A DNA stretch of 64,000 bases, taken from contig JAIBAE010000005.1 of assembly GCA_019695345.1 (NCBI GenBank), positions 9,186-73,185 of the forward strand, written 5' to 3'. Positions 1-11,700 of this stretch are shown one piece after another; position 1 is the first letter of the stretch; each line of letters begins with the position of its first letter. The stretch comes from Bacteroidota bacterium. Lineage in GTDB: Bacteria; Bacteroidota; Ignavibacteria; Kapaibacteriales; NICIL-2. Both the position numbers and the translations under genes were made by a program. The notes under the pieces are model-generated. The model was given only the letters and a program-made list of their open reading frames with translations, was not told the DNA's origin and ran no database searches.

Positions 1-181
1 TTTGTATTTATTCCTACATACCCACCGGCAAAACAATCCAACGAATCATACACTTCTGCGGGTTCGGTGTATGGGTCAAGCATGTTATTCCACTGCGGAA
101 CTTCCTGGGCAGAAACAGAGGCAAGCATCACAACAGATGCAAGTAGTAGGTTTAGTATCGTGGCGAATGTATTCATAGTAC
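1..181 (-). CDS. Partial CDS running off the left edge. N-terminus MNTFATILNLLLASVVMLASVSAQEVPQW... is a secreted protein (signal peptide); function unknown.
   Basis: Reverse-strand translation from the ATG at 181-179 gives a hydrophobic signal peptide followed by an AQ cleavage-like site. The +strand ORF 67-402 over the same DNA has no recognisable features. Confidence 0.4.
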
Positions 182-435
182 AAGGGCAAGGTACAACTTT
201 CGTTCGGATTTGTTACAACGTTGTTTTAAAACTGTTTCATTTTGTATCCCTCTATTGCCGTAGCAACCGAACTACGCCGTCACACGGGCGGGAGATACCC
301 TTGCAGCGTCACAGGTTCACGCAATATCTCGCAAAGGAGCAAAGTAGAGAAAGGCGCAAAGTGAAGACACTAAGAACCACATCGTGTTTAGAGACTGTTT
401 AAGTTTTAACTCGAATGATGTATTGCAATGATTGT

Positions 436-474
436 CATTCCCGAAAACGCTGAATAAGCGTTTATCGGGAATCC
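436..474. other. ~14-bp stem hairpin (ATTCCCGAAAACGC-tgaataa-GCGTTTATCGGGAAT) inside a 580-bp divergent intergenic region; no U-tract.
   Basis: Read directly. Confidence 0.4.
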
Positions 475-763
475 ATAGGTCTCTATTTAAGTAAAATAGG
501 AACCTGACTTCTCGGGTATGACAGTCTCTGAATAAATCTTTAACAATTTAACCCAAAGTAACCACCTCTCACGAACACCATACTTTTGAAACTGAACATT
601 CTGTCGCGCAGTATAAGGGCACAATACCCGGTGTTAATGGGTGCGCATTGCGTCAGCAAAAAAGTTGTAAACCCGCTAAACTTCCGTACTTCTACGGATT
701 TCCCATATAATTGCCGATGTTTAACTTGAATATGATATAATTCATACTCCGTAAAGGTCTGTT

Positions 764-2662
764 TTGAAGCGTTTTCTCGTTTTTTTAATGATTTTGTGGG
801 GTGTTACTGCGCACGCACAGATACAGCAAGGGCGTATCTCTATGGGTGTTCGTGGTAGCACGTATAAATATTGGGGTGAATTCACCGACGACCAATATGG
901 TTGGGGCGGCGAGGGTGCGCTTCGTTATGACTTTTTACCGTGGCTTGGTTTAGAACTAAATGGCGGTGTAGGTAGCACGTGTTTCCGTGTTACGCCGTAT
1001 TCGTTACAGGCATTCCCGGATTACTACAACGGCAAAACCTTTGGCGACCGTTACACAGGAACGTTAACACGTATTGATAAGATGAATGAAATCCGTATTG
1101 CCCATTACGAGGCAAATAGTGTGTTTCATTTAGCACCAAGTAAAGGATTTGTGCCACAGTTGTTTTTGGGTTTTGGTGTTATCAATATCTACCCAACAAA
1201 TCACAGCGACCACGACCCACTACCTAATGTAATCAACAACAAATATCCTCGTTACAATTTAGTTGTACCTGTTGGATTCGGCTTTGAGTATTTCTTGAGC
1301 GATGACGCAAGCATCAATGCACGCGCAATGTTCCGCTTAACCTCAACCGATAACTTAGATGACATCAGTGTAGAAAATTCCAGCAACGATTACTTTGCAA
1401 CTATTGGCGGCGGATTCAATTTCTACTTAACAGGCGATTTAGATTCCGATGGCGATGGTATTCCAAACGCCGAAGAGCGACGTCTGGGCTTAGACCCCAA
1501 GGTATCTGATACCGACGGCGATGGCTTAACCGACTTTGAAGAAATAAATGTAACACACACCGACCCTAAAAAAGCAGACAGCGATAGCGACGGATTAACC
1601 GATAAAGAAGAAGTTGTGTTCAAATCAAGTCCTATTAAAATTGATACTGATGGCGATGGACTTAGCGACCAAGAAGAAATGATACGCGCTACAAATCCTA
1701 ACGCACCCGATACCGATGGCGATGGCTTGCTTGATGGCGATGAAATTAAACGCTATGGAAGTGACCCAACTAAAGCCGATGGTGATGGCGATGGCTTAAA
1801 CGATGCCGATGAATTACGTTACGATACAAACCCACGTAACCCCGATACCGATGGTGATGGCTTGTTTGATGGCACTGAAATTAAAGACTCTAAAACTAAT
1901 CCGAACAAGATTGACACCGACGGCGACGGGCTAAGTGATTCGGAAGAATACTTAATTCAAAAAACAGACCCGAACAATCCAGATACCGATGGCGATGCCT
2001 TAATGGATGGCGAAGAAATCATCCGTTATAAAACTAATCCAAAAGTACAGGATACCGATTACGATGGTTGGAACGATGGCGAAGAAGTTCTGCGCCGTTG
2101 TACAAGTCCGGTAAATCCTGATACCGATGGCGATGGAATTATTGACCCTAAAGACCCAGAGCCATGTGCTTTATCGTGCTGTTGTTGTGGTGGTAAAAAA
2201 CAAGAGCCACCCGCAACACCAAAACTCGATGAACCGAAAAAGGAAAATCCCGTTAAGCAGCCAAAGCCAAAACGGAATTTCTCCATCAGGTTCTTAAAGA
2301 ACAGCGACCAGATTGACAACACCGACCCCGAAACTCAACGCTCGATAAAAGAACTTAAAGATTACCTTGCAAGCGAATGCGAAAAACTTCGCGTTACGTT
2401 TGAAGGTCACACAAGTGGTGAGGGCAGCCCGGGCAGAAACAAAGTACTATCGGACATGCGTGCCCGTGCGGTAAAACAACTGATGATACAACAAGGTATA
2501 TCGCCCGAAAAAATACAAGGCACCATTGGGTTTGGCGCAACAATGCCAATCTTCCCCGAGCCTGATAAAGCAACAGCCAAACGCATGCGCAAAGATGAAC
2601 TGGAAGGAATACGCAAACAAAACCGTCGCATCTCTGTCCGCGAAGACATCTCCTGCGATTAA
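764..2662 (+). CDS. OmpA-family outer membrane protein: N-terminal beta-barrel, ~11 thrombospondin type-3 (DTDGDGLxDxEE) calcium-binding repeats, C-terminal OmpA peptidoglycan-binding domain.
   Basis: Signal peptide [19 protein letters not shown]. Repeated DTDGDGL[ST]DxEE motifs. C-terminal OmpA_C-like block ([27 protein letters not shown]...NRRISV). An unusual CCCCGG cysteine run precedes a Pro/Lys linker. Confidence 0.85.
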   Translation: MKRFLVFLMILWGVTAHAQIQQGRISMGVRGSTYKYWGEFTDDQYGWGGEGALRYDFLPWLGLELNGGVGSTCFRVTPYSLQAFPDYYNGKTFGDRYTGTLTRIDKMNEIRIAHYEANSVFHLAPSKGFVPQLFLGFGVINIYPTNHSDHDPLPNVINNKYPRYNLVVPVGFGFEYFLSDDASINARAMFRLTSTDNLDDISVENSSNDYFATIGGGFNFYLTGDLDSDGDGIPNAEERRLGLDPKVSDTDGDGLTDFEEINVTHTDPKKADSDSDGLTDKEEVVFKSSPIKIDTDGDGLSDQEEMIRATNPNAPDTDGDGLLDGDEIKRYGSDPTKADGDGDGLNDADELRYDTNPRNPDTDGDGLFDGTEIKDSKTNPNKIDTDGDGLSDSEEYLIQKTDPNNPDTDGDALMDGEEIIRYKTNPKVQDTDYDGWNDGEEVLRRCTSPVNPDTDGDGIIDPKDPEPCALSCCCCGGKKQEPPATPKLDEPKKENPVKQPKPKRNFSIRFLKNSDQIDNTDPETQRSIKELKDYLASECEKLRVTFEGHTSGEGSPGRNKVLSDMRARAVKQLMIQQGISPEKIQGTIGFGATMPIFPEPDKATAKRMRKDELEGIRKQNRRISVREDISCD

Positions 2663-2731
2663 GATATTTCAATCCATCGTAAAAACTCGATGCTTCGCGT
2701 CTAAAGAGAAAACAACATATTCTAAAAACAA

Positions 2732-2758
2732 AAGTCAGGCACATAACCTGACTTTTTT
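2732..2758 (+). terminator. Intrinsic terminator after the OmpA gene.
   Basis: Hairpin AAGTCAGG-cacataa-CCTGACTT followed by TTTTTT. Confidence 0.6.
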
Positions 2759-2760
2759 AA

Positions 2761-2832
2761 TTCTGCTACCGCAAGACCGCACGGTACCTTGCATTCCAGC
2801 CTGCCATTACTTTGCGGGATGGAACAATCTAC
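2761..2832. repeat. Family A element, degenerate left half (terminal motif plus internal TTGCGGGATGGAACAATC motif).
   Basis: TTCTGCTACCGCAAGACCGCACGGTACC resembles the reverse terminal motif TTTGCTA(T/C)CGC..GACGGCACC. The internal motif matches TTGCGGGATAGAACAATCC of the copy at 60641-60810. Confidence 0.4.
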
Positions 2833-4070
2833 TAATGATACACCAGAACTTTATGACTATGTGGGATGTTGTTTTCAACATACCGAACAACATAAAAGCC
2901 ATTGGGAAATTGCGAGCAATCAATACTTGTTTCATCGTTTGAGCTTGTTTGTTGATGTATTGTTTCTCCCAATTCATTTACGAAGACTATCGGCGTGTTC
3001 TGAGTTGCTTTAATATTCAATATATTGCTTACCGGATTAGGGAAAATAGAGTAAGTGTAAGTATTTATTTTATCAATAACACTCGTGACATATTCATCGT
3101 ACTTCAATACTACAATACGATACTTGTCATGAGAATTGAATCCTAAAGCATAACAATTTCCGTTTTTTGAGCAAATAACTTTCCGAATGATGACTGATGT
3201 AGTTGAATCAAAATCACTTTCCCAATTAATATTCCAGGCGAAGCCTCCATTTAGTGTTTTTAATACTTTGGAATTGCATTCCTTAAACCCTACCATACTA
3301 TTTTTCATTGCCATACTCTCGGATTGGCAACCAGAGTAACCAGTAACTACTTGCCAAGTTTTACCATAGTCTAATGAATTAATATTTCCATCATGAGTAC
3401 AACAAATTATTGTGTCGCCAAATACCTGAACCGTATAACTGATGATAGGTGGAGTAACAATTGTGTTCCACAAATTTCCATTATCAACTGTATGAAGAAA
3501 TCTACCCTTCGATCCTGAGTACCAAGAACCATCTGTATTTAAAAGCAAATAATTAGGGCGTAAACTGTCAATGATTTTTTCATTCCATGTTTTACCGTCA
3601 TCAGTTGAAATTTTTAGAAATCCTGCCCCACGTCCTAGAATAATACCCCCTATTCCAACAGTAGTAGAATCCTTACCGGATAAAACATTAATGTAAAATT
3701 TACCTGATGTGTCGGTAAAAAGCGTATCCCAACTCTGTCCGCCATTTATTGTTTTTAATAATAGCGAGTATTTGATATTGTTAAATGTACTTTGCAGAAC
3801 AACATATCCTTTAGTAGGAGTTACAAAATGAACTTTTAATAGAGCATCTTCGTTGTTAAAATTGTGTAATTGTAACCAAGACTTCCCTTCGTCTACTGAA
3901 CGTAATAATAGACCTGATTCAGTAGTTAAAAAAAGAGTTGTATCGTTCACAGTCTGAAAGTCATAAGGTAATCCATAATAATCAATTTGTGAGGTAGCCT
4001 TCCATGTTTGGGAATTGGAAGTATTACATATTAGTATAAAAAGTAACATTTGTACTATGTAGTGTTTCAT
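2832..4070 (-). CDS. Secreted BNR/Asp-box repeat protein (Ycf48-like beta-propeller) with T9SS C-terminal sorting domain.
   Basis: Six SxDxGxTW-type Asp-box repeats (SVDEGKSW, TINGGQSW, STDDGKTW, TVDNGNLW, SLDYGKTW, TLNGGFAW). Signal peptide. C-terminus ...PNGFYVVRYVENNIPHSHKVLVYH resembles the Por/T9SS type-A CTD. Confidence 0.7.
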   Translation of the reverse strand: MKHYIVQMLLFILICNTSNSQTWKATSQIDYYGLPYDFQTVNDTTLFLTTESGLLLRSVDEGKSWLQLHNFNNEDALLKVHFVTPTKGYVVLQSTFNNIKYSLLLKTINGGQSWDTLFTDTSGKFYINVLSGKDSTTVGIGGIILGRGAGFLKISTDDGKTWNEKIIDSLRPNYLLLNTDGSWYSGSKGRFLHTVDNGNLWNTIVTPPIISYTVQVFGDTIICCTHDGNINSLDYGKTWQVVTGYSGCQSESMAMKNSMVGFKECNSKVLKTLNGGFAWNINWESDFDSTTSVIIRKVICSKNGNCYALGFNSHDKYRIVVLKYDEYVTSVIDKINTYTYSIFPNPVSNILNIKATQNTPIVFVNELGETIHQQTSSNDETSIDCSQFPNGFYVVRYVENNIPHSHKVLVYH

Positions 4071-4149
4071 AGTGACACCTATCAGTTTTTTTAACTCCGT
4101 GAGCTAACATACCACAAAATAGCATTTTATTATTTCATACACGATGTAG

Positions 4150-4238
4150 GCTTGGGCAAAGCTGAGATTCTTTCCTGCAACGTGAGATTGTGCTATGCAC
4201 ATCGTTTGGTGCAGTCCCGCGATAGCAAAAAAAAATGG
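4150..4238. repeat. Family A element, right half (internal CTTTCCTGCAACG motif plus terminal GGTGCAGTCCCGCGATAGCAAAAAAAAA).
   Basis: Terminal motif matches family consensus GGTGCCGTCNGGCGATAGCAAAA. Its A-run is the T-tract of the adjacent minus-strand terminator. Confidence 0.5.
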
Positions 4239-4262
4239 ACTACACTTGTTAGTATAGTCCAT
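4226..4262 (-). terminator. Intrinsic terminator of the minus-strand lipoprotein gene 4305-6626.
   Basis: Hairpin ATGGACTA-cacttgttagta-TAGTCCAT; on the minus strand it is followed by TTTTTTTTT. Confidence 0.6.
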
Positions 4263-4304
4263 TTGTGTGAACACGTGGGGGATCAATCCACTGAACGTTG
4301 TTTA

Positions 4305-6626
4305 TCAGAATTTCCAGATTCTGAATTTGTAATTACCTGATGCATCGGCATATAGTCCGGCTAGTTTGGTTCCATTAGCACTATAGCTGAATGTTTGGAA
4401 GCGCGTGTTCGTAGCCGGCGTTGGTAGTGACTTTGTTAAAACACCCGACCCAACACTAAATATTGCAGGTGAAGGTGCATTTTGTGAACTTGTATAGCTA
4501 ACTAACTGTAATGCTGCATTTTTATTATCGGGTGTAATAGCAGCCGGATAATTGTAGAAATATTCACGCTGACCAGCCGAGTACATTACAGCTGCAATTT
4601 CTTTACCATCGGTCATACTAAAGAAAGAACCCGGTGTGCCTTCGGTATTACCTGTTGCCAACACTACTGTACCATCGTTAGAATATGCAATAATGTTACG
4701 GATTGATGTGGCAAAGCTTCGTGTAACATTTCCTGTGTTTGCATCTATTACATACATTGTTAATGGTGTTGTTTCGGTTTCAATTGCAAATTCATTATTA
4801 TTTAGGAAGTCTGATAACAACATAACATACTTAATCGTATTTCCGTTTACAGTTGTGATATCACGTATCAATGCTCCATCTGCTGCATTAAACACTTGTA
4901 ACAGATATTCCTGTTTGTTTGAATAATTACCAGCTACAACTCTAAGTCCGTCCGGCGATAGATGAGCATTATAGGCATCGAACGAAGCAAGTTTGTTTTT
5001 TGTATTGATATTATAAGTCTCGAATTTGCTATAAGCAGTTTGGACTAAGGCGACACTTCCATTTGTTGAGACCTCTAATGGTTGGTTGGTAAAGGTGATT
5101 GAATCTTTACCGCTGCCACTATTGCTGACGCTGAATTCATCAATTAATAAACCATCTGCAGTATTATAAATTTTCAGTTTGTTATCTACCTTAACATAAT
5201 ATTTAGTACCATCCTGAGAAATAACACCATTTGCTTGGCTATTTTTACTATTAACACCTAAATCAAAATCATTCGATTCAATGATGTTACCGGAACATGC
5301 GGTTATAGTACCTATATTTTTTTCCTGACTTGAAGCTAATGCTGGAACTCCGATAATATCGGATTCACGACCGTCGTTTGCCATTGCTTTAACAGTCATA
5401 GTAACTCCGTCACGTACTCTGATTTTGAATTGTCCGTTTCTTGCAAATCCGTAAAAGTAACCTGAGCCATTTGCATACTCACCAACTATGGTTCCGTCAA
5501 TTGGTTGATTCTCGCAGTTATTTAATACACCTGTAATAAATGCAGGACATGTTGTTAATTGCAAGTCAACATCTTTTACTTCTCCATTAGTTAACGTTAC
5601 TTCTATCTCGTTAGACTCTAATCCATTATTATCAGATGCATATACCTTAATTTTAATTGGCACCCCGGCTTGCACTCTGCGAATACCTGTTATATTTTCA
5701 TCTGTCGTTACTTTACGCTCTCCAACGCGCACTACTACACCGGCAATATTTTCATTATCGCAGTGTACTCGTATCTGTAAACGCGCTGTATCACCTTTGC
5801 TATCAAAATTCCATTCCGAAAAGTGAGATACATCACCTACATATTTATTACCGGTTTTTGTTGCAACGGATTCTTCCTTCCACATACCCAATGTTTCATC
5901 AAAGCTCCACAAAGGCATTGTATTTGGTGCATAGCTTTGCATGCCCGCAGGTACAGGTACACTAAGGGTTGCTTTACTTCCCGGAGCAATATTTAATTTC
6001 TCTCCACTTGCACCAGTTAATTCTACTCTCAGCACGCCATACGATAAAAGATTTGCATTAGTTCCATCTGTACTTCTTCCTTGGAAATCACCTGCAAAGA
6101 AATCATAAAAATTACTTGATGTTGGGTCAAGATGACGAACTACATAACTAACCTGACCACTATATGCAGCACCATTTGATGTTACATAACCATTTGCTGG
6201 AAATACAACTGAAGAAGTATTTGGTAAAGTTACAGTTTTGCCTGTAGTAGCACTAAAGCTACCTTGTGGTGCACTACTCATCATACCTAATATCACCCTT
6301 GTCACACTTCCTGCTCTGGGTTCTTCTGCACGAAATGCAGTAAAGTATCCCGATTTACTTGCTTTAATAACACAACGATTATTGGGTACATCTATATTGC
6401 TAATCATAAAAGTACCATATGAAGTAGTTGTAGCTTTAGAGGTTCCTATACTTACTTCAACACCGGCCATTGGTTTACCTGACTCATCTACAACTTGTCC
6501 GGCTATTGAAGTTTTTACCGTTGCTACAGTTGTTGTTGGATTATTGCTGGAATCGAAGGAACAACCGGCTATAATCAACGTGGTTACAAGGATTACTGCC
6601 GATAGCAACCATGTTATCTGTTTCAT
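4305..6626 (-). CDS. Large lipoprotein (773 aa) with an N-terminal carboxypeptidase-regulatory-like (CarboxypepD_reg) domain; function unknown.
   Basis: Lipobox ...LIIAGCSF. Motif GQVVDESGKPMAGVEVSIGT...ASKSGYF is typical of CarboxypepD_reg-like domains. The rest is beta-rich with no recognised catalytic motif. Confidence 0.55.
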   Translation of the reverse strand: MKQITWLLSAVILVTTLIIAGCSFDSSNNPTTTVATVKTSIAGQVVDESGKPMAGVEVSIGTSKATTTSYGTFMISNIDVPNNRCVIKASKSGYFTAFRAEEPRAGSVTRVILGMMSSAPQGSFSATTGKTVTLPNTSSVVFPANGYVTSNGAAYSGQVSYVVRHLDPTSSNFYDFFAGDFQGRSTDGTNANLLSYGVLRVELTGASGEKLNIAPGSKATLSVPVPAGMQSYAPNTMPLWSFDETLGMWKEESVATKTGNKYVGDVSHFSEWNFDSKGDTARLQIRVHCDNENIAGVVVRVGERKVTTDENITGIRRVQAGVPIKIKVYASDNNGLESNEIEVTLTNGEVKDVDLQLTTCPAFITGVLNNCENQPIDGTIVGEYANGSGYFYGFARNGQFKIRVRDGVTMTVKAMANDGRESDIIGVPALASSQEKNIGTITACSGNIIESNDFDLGVNSKNSQANGVISQDGTKYYVKVDNKLKIYNTADGLLIDEFSVSNSGSGKDSITFTNQPLEVSTNGSVALVQTAYSKFETYNINTKNKLASFDAYNAHLSPDGLRVVAGNYSNKQEYLLQVFNAADGALIRDITTVNGNTIKYVMLLSDFLNNNEFAIETETTPLTMYVIDANTGNVTRSFATSIRNIIAYSNDGTVVLATGNTEGTPGSFFSMTDGKEIAAVMYSAGQREYFYNYPAAITPDNKNAALQLVSYTSSQNAPSPAIFSVGSGVLTKSLPTPATNTRFQTFSYSANGTKLAGLYADASGNYKFRIWKF

Positions 6627-6731
6627 ACATTCTCCTGTTTGTATATAAATAAGTTATTGCGCAATTGACGTCATAGACACAGTGCTTTTGTTACCGTCTC
6701 AAAAATTTTTGCTGTAGTAAAGTTTACAACA

Positions 6732-7760
6732 TCAATAAACATACTTGAGTAAAAATTCTGCATTTTCTGTTACCGATGTACCAGTTAGATTTATAACCTT
6801 AATCTTCTCCCTCTCTCTTTGTTCCATGCTTCTTGTATAATATTTATCATAATACACTAAGGTCAGTTCAATAACACGAGTTAGGTTTCTTTGTTGCAAT
6901 GCCTCTTCTGCCTCTTTACTAACTGCACCACCTAATCGTTGCCGAAGCCGAACTAACGAGTCCATTAACTCATCGGTAGTAAAATGAGAATAATCTTGTA
7001 ATAAATTCTGAATGCGTTGTTCAACCGGAACATTAGCTACTATTAAGGTGACTTCCCTCATCTGATTCCAGAGCCCAAGCGGGATATTCACATTACCTAT
7101 GCGTCTGGATTCATCTTCCAACCAAATTCTTGAAACGTTGTTATGGTACAACAATTCTACCGCCAGCATATTTTCAAAATGTTCTTGCGTTGGTTGGTAT
7201 GGTTCGCCAAGCCAACCAAAGGCCGAACCTTTATGCCCTGCCAACAACTCTAAATCAATAACTGGTTCGCCCAATATGCGTAGTTGTTTCAGGATATGAG
7301 TTTTACCTGTTCCGGTAAAACCACCAAGTATTATAAATGGATATTGTTTCTCTAAGGTATCTAAAACATGTCGTCTAAAATATTTGTAACCACCTTTCAG
7401 TACACTCACCTGCAAACCATACAACTCAAACAACCAAGCCATAGATGCACTACGCATACCACCACGCCAACAATGAACAAGAAGGTTTTTGTTATGTGTT
7501 TTACTTATAACGTCTTCAACAGAATCTATAAACCATTTCATCTTAGGTCCAACTAACTCCAGACCTTTCTTGATTGCTACAGATTTACCTTGTTGTACGT
7601 ATAGTGTACCTACAATTGCGCGCTCTTCGTTAGTAAAGATGGGAATGTTTACCGCCGATGGGATATGCCCTTTTTCAAACTCGGCAGGAGTACGTACATC
7701 AACAATACAGTACTCTTGTTGGTGGGATAACAAATGTTGAATTGTAATGATGTTTGGCAC
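6732..7760 (-). CDS. selU: tRNA 2-selenouridine synthase (SelU/MnmH; rhodanese domain plus P-loop domain).
   Basis: N-terminal rhodanese (CIVDVRTPAEFEKGHIPSAVNIP ... HCWRGGMRS). P-loop GGFTGTGKTH. Conserved ...RIWLEDESRRIGN block as in E. coli YbbB. Confidence 0.8.
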   Translation of the reverse strand: MPNIITIQHLLSHQQEYCIVDVRTPAEFEKGHIPSAVNIPIFTNEERAIVGTLYVQQGKSVAIKKGLELVGPKMKWFIDSVEDVISKTHNKNLLVHCWRGGMRSASMAWLFELYGLQVSVLKGGYKYFRRHVLDTLEKQYPFIILGGFTGTGKTHILKQLRILGEPVIDLELLAGHKGSAFGWLGEPYQPTQEHFENMLAVELLYHNNVSRIWLEDESRRIGNVNIPLGLWNQMREVTLIVANVPVEQRIQNLLQDYSHFTTDELMDSLVRLRQRLGGAVSKEAEEALQQRNLTRVIELTLVYYDKYYTRSMEQREREKIKVINLTGTSVTENAEFLLKYVY

Positions 7761-7798
7761 AATTGTGATTTTATGGTTGGAGTTGTGCCAAATATACG

Positions 7799-8476
7799 TT
7801 ACTTAAACACAGAGTCGTCAAGTCCTTTATTAATCTTGTAATCTTTACATTCAATTATAACACTTCCGGTTGTGCGTTTTGGTTTATTTTCTTTGCTGAA
7901 GCCAGATATATCTCCACTCATACTTTTGGGTAATTTGAATTCAGGAACATCAAACGTAACAGTCATCTTACTTGGCAGACCATACTGTTTTGCCGAACCA
8001 TACTCTAACATAATTGTAAGCGTACCATTCTTCTTTGTAGTATTCTCGCTTTTCAGGATTAAACTCGTTGTAGGGTCAATGTACATTTTCGAGGCAACAA
8101 CGTCCGATGAATCTGAACGAGGAATAACTTTTACAACTGTACATTGCACACCATTATACTGTGCGGTTCCGGCTGGCAAGGCATCGTAGTCACCATTTTG
8201 CAGAAAGCTGAGCGGCATAACTTTAAGCCCTTGCTTTGGTAACATCGCAATATCATCCGATTTTAACCTAAACTTATTTGGTTGCTTAAAATACATCATA
8301 CCTTTTGCGTTTGGCGCTTTTATAAAATCAACATCCAGAATTATATCCACAGATGCCTGATAATCCTTCACCGATTTAATTTTGGCTACAGCTTTTTGCA
8401 ATACTGCATTTGCATCCTGCGAATAACTACCAACCACACTTAAACACAAAACAGATAAAAGTAGAAAAATCTTCAT
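7799..8476 (-). CDS. LolA-like outer-membrane lipoprotein carrier/sorting family protein (DUF4292-like).
   Basis: Signal peptide MKIFLLLSVLCLSVVGSYSQ, then LQKAVAKIKSVKDYQASVDI...MYFKQPNKFRLK, typical of Bacteroidota LolA-like proteins. Start moved to the internal Met. Confidence 0.5.
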   Translation of the reverse strand: MKIFLLLSVLCLSVVGSYSQDANAVLQKAVAKIKSVKDYQASVDIILDVDFIKAPNAKGMMYFKQPNKFRLKSDDIAMLPKQGLKVMPLSFLQNGDYDALPAGTAQYNGVQCTVVKVIPRSDSSDVVASKMYIDPTTSLILKSENTTKKNGTLTIMLEYGSAKQYGLPSKMTVTFDVPEFKLPKSMSGDISGFSKENKPKRTTGSVIIECKDYKINKGLDDSVFK

Positions 8477-8548
8477 ATACAAAATGTTAAATAAATACAA
8501 TGCCCCTTTGACGTGTACCAAAATTCAATTATTGTTCGTTGGAAAATG

Positions 8549-8739
8549 ATTTTGCTAACGCAAACCGCTCCAAATCACACATTCCAACCTAACCATTATC
8601 CTGCGGGAAGAAATCTTCAGCGTATATACTCCATAAACCGTAAACGCGATAAACAGAATACATAGCATAACATTCTCATCCTCAAAAAAAACGCCCTGCT
8701 TTAACAAGCAAGGCGCGGTGCGGTCTGGCGATAGCAAAA
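8549..8739. repeat. Family A element, complete copy (~191 bp). It sits between the LolA-like gene start and the stop codon of the giant adhesin gene.
   Basis: Left end TTTTGCTAACGCAAACCGCTCC (8550-8571) and right end GGTGCGGTCTGGCGATAGCAAAA (8717-8739) are imperfect inverted repeats. The interior carries CCTGCGGGAAGAAATCTTCAGCG, related to the family B 5' part. The right end stops 3 nt before the adhesin stop codon. Confidence 0.65.
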
Positions 8740-8742
8740 TAA

Positions 8743-11700
8743 TTATTTTACTACTACTACTTGTTTGCTGAAATGCAACCCGGCGGCGCTCATGGTACAA
8801 TAATATGTGCCTGAGGCAATGTTCGTAGCATCAAATGTAGCTACATACAAACCTTCTGCATGCTTTCCATGCACAACCTGAGATACCTCTTTTCCGCTTT
8901 GGTCATACAATCTAATTTCTGCATCACATGGAGTGCCTAAACTATAGGTAATGGCTAATTCCTGTGCATGATTTACAGGATTTGGTGTAACAGATACCAG
9001 GGCAAACTGATTACTTGTCATCCTTACTCTTCGTATTGTAGCAGCGCAGGTTACAATTTGCACAGAACCTTCTTCATCGTGTTCTTCTGTACAGTCTAAT
9101 CTGAACTGAGGGAAACTAAACTCAATTTTAGCTAATGAGCTAAAATCGTTTGCTAAAAGTGATGTAAAATATGGAGTGAACAGGATACCATCTTTTGTAA
9201 TAGGTGTAATACCTGTTGCATGGAATTCGGCATAACCATCTGAACTGGTTGACTTATCAAACACTACATTCCACGTTGCATCCAATATTTCGCCTGACAA
9301 TATTTTCCTTGATGTATCTAAAATCATAGTATTGGGTGTATATCGGATACCTGCAATAACTTCTCTGATACGTAACTCACTCCAATAATTTGACTTCGCG
9401 GTTACTGGGTACGCAAATGTTGAATCCACGCCAACACTTGTAGACGATAATGACATAGTTACAGGACGTTGAACACCTGTACCACTTACAGTTACTATAG
9501 TTATTGTATCATTATAGTGTATTGCATATTTAACAAAGAACTGACCTAAAGCTGTTGGAATTATCCTTACCGGGAAATTAATTGATGCTGCGCCAACCTG
9601 CATTGTTGTAGGCAGTAACAGTGTATTCTGTTGTTGGAAATATGCCTTATCTGCAATCGCATTACTTTCTTGATACACTGTAACGCTATCAATCTTAACT
9701 GCAACTTCTCCGGTATTTGAGATAACAAACTGCGTTGTGGCCGTATCGCAGGCAAGCATTGCACTGAGTAAATTGACATCGGAACTCTGTACTTTTACCC
9801 CACATGGTGCAACATCTACAGTTACACTTGTATCGCGCCAACATCCGACAGCATTTGTGATACGGACAATATATGTTTGTTTTTGGGTTGGAGAAGCAAT
9901 AGGGTTTGCAATATCATATCTATCTAAACCGCTACCAGGAGGTGTCCAACGGTATGTTGTTCCACCGCTTGCCAATAATTGTATGTTTTTACCCTTACAT
10001 ATCGATGTGTCTTTTGTAATATTTACAACCGGCATCGGGTTTACTGTAATTGTAACACTGTCTAAACGTTCGCATAATGATATTGGATCACGTCCTCGAA
10101 CGTAGTATTTTGTTGTAGTATTTGGTTTAGCAATTGGGTTAGGACAAGTATCACAAGAAAGCCCAGTGTTCTTAGGTGACCATGAGTATGCAATTGTTGT
10201 TGAATCGGAAACATGTATAGCAAACGTCCCTCCGGCACACATTGCTGTATCGCGCTTTAGCACATTAAACGTTGGTCGTGTTCCTACTCCTAAACGTGCA
10301 GAAATAGTTGTGTCGCAACCATTTGGTGCTGTAATATGAATCTGATACGTAATGTTTCCTTTACCACTTGGAGTAGCTTTGGGATTAGGGCAATTATCGC
10401 ATGATAGCCATGTACTCGGGTTCCAAAAAATTGAGCTACCCGTTGGTTGACCCGAAACAACATACTGTATTACCCCACCTTCACATAAAGCTGTATCCAC
10501 CGGATTAACGGTAGCTGTGGGAGAATCCTTTACCGTTACTAAAACTGAATCAACCTGCCTGATACTACACTTTGAACTTAACAACTCTATAGTATACATA
10601 GTTGTTTTCAAAGGCGATGCTTTTGGCTTTAAGCAGTAAGGACAGTCTAATCCTGCTTCCGGTGTCCAGTGTACACTATCTGTTGAAACTGTTGTTGCAT
10701 CAAGTATAACTGATTCACCTCGGCAAATAGATGTATCGGGAGGTGCTATAATAGGCGCAGGAGCAGAGACTTTAATCTCAAATGTAACTGTTGATGTACA
10801 TCCTGCTGAATCACCCGTTACTGTGTATTTGATGTTAGCAGTAGGTTTTATTACATAGTTCTTGCATGTATCACATGCACCTAAATATGTTTTTGGTGAC
10901 CATTTAACTTTGCCACCAAAAACTAAATTCAAATCAACACTATCGCCTTTGCAAATTGTTTTTGAAGATAACTGTCCTTCTATGCCAGGGGCGTACTTAA
11001 TCTTGATAGAATCAACTGCATCACAATCAGCACTATTTCCATTCCGTACTCGTGCATAGTACACAATATCTTTTTTAGGCGGAGTTGCCAATGTTTGTTT
11101 ACACGTGTTGCAAGCAAGCCCCGTAGAAGGTGTCCATTGTATTGTTTGAAAATCACCTGTTGCAGTAATAAGCACCCCTGTTGAAGTACATAAATCAATA
11201 TCCGGGTCAATATTAACAACAGCTTTTGGTAATACGTAAATGCGAACAGAGTCTTCAATATCACAACCACCTGCATCTATAGCTTTATATTTATAGGTTG
11301 TAGTTACTGTTGGTTTTGCAGTAGTCATAACACAAGTATCACATTTTAATCCAGTACTAGGTGTCCATACAATTGACTTAACAATGCCTTGAACATAAAT
11401 CAATGCGGAATCATTTTTAAAGCAGATACTCTGATCAGGGGATTTAGAAAGTGAATTGGTCCCTGATTTTGGTTTAATCGTAACCGAGTCCATACCTTCA
11501 CAACCGGCAGAGTCACGAACGGTAACATAATAGGTAATTATTCCCGTAGGTCTAACACGAGTGGTTGCGCAAGTATCACACTTCAGTCCTGTTTTAGGAG
11601 TCCACCACACATACTTCAATCCTTTTGCAGTAACACGTAATGTAAGTGAGTCTTTAGAGGAACAATATTCTAAATCCGGACCTGCCTCAACAGTTATTGG

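Noticed and set aside
67-402. +strand ORF of 111 aa at the left edge.
   Set aside because: It overlaps a more plausible minus-strand gene start (signal peptide, ATG at 181) and continues through a region with strong hairpins. No motif.
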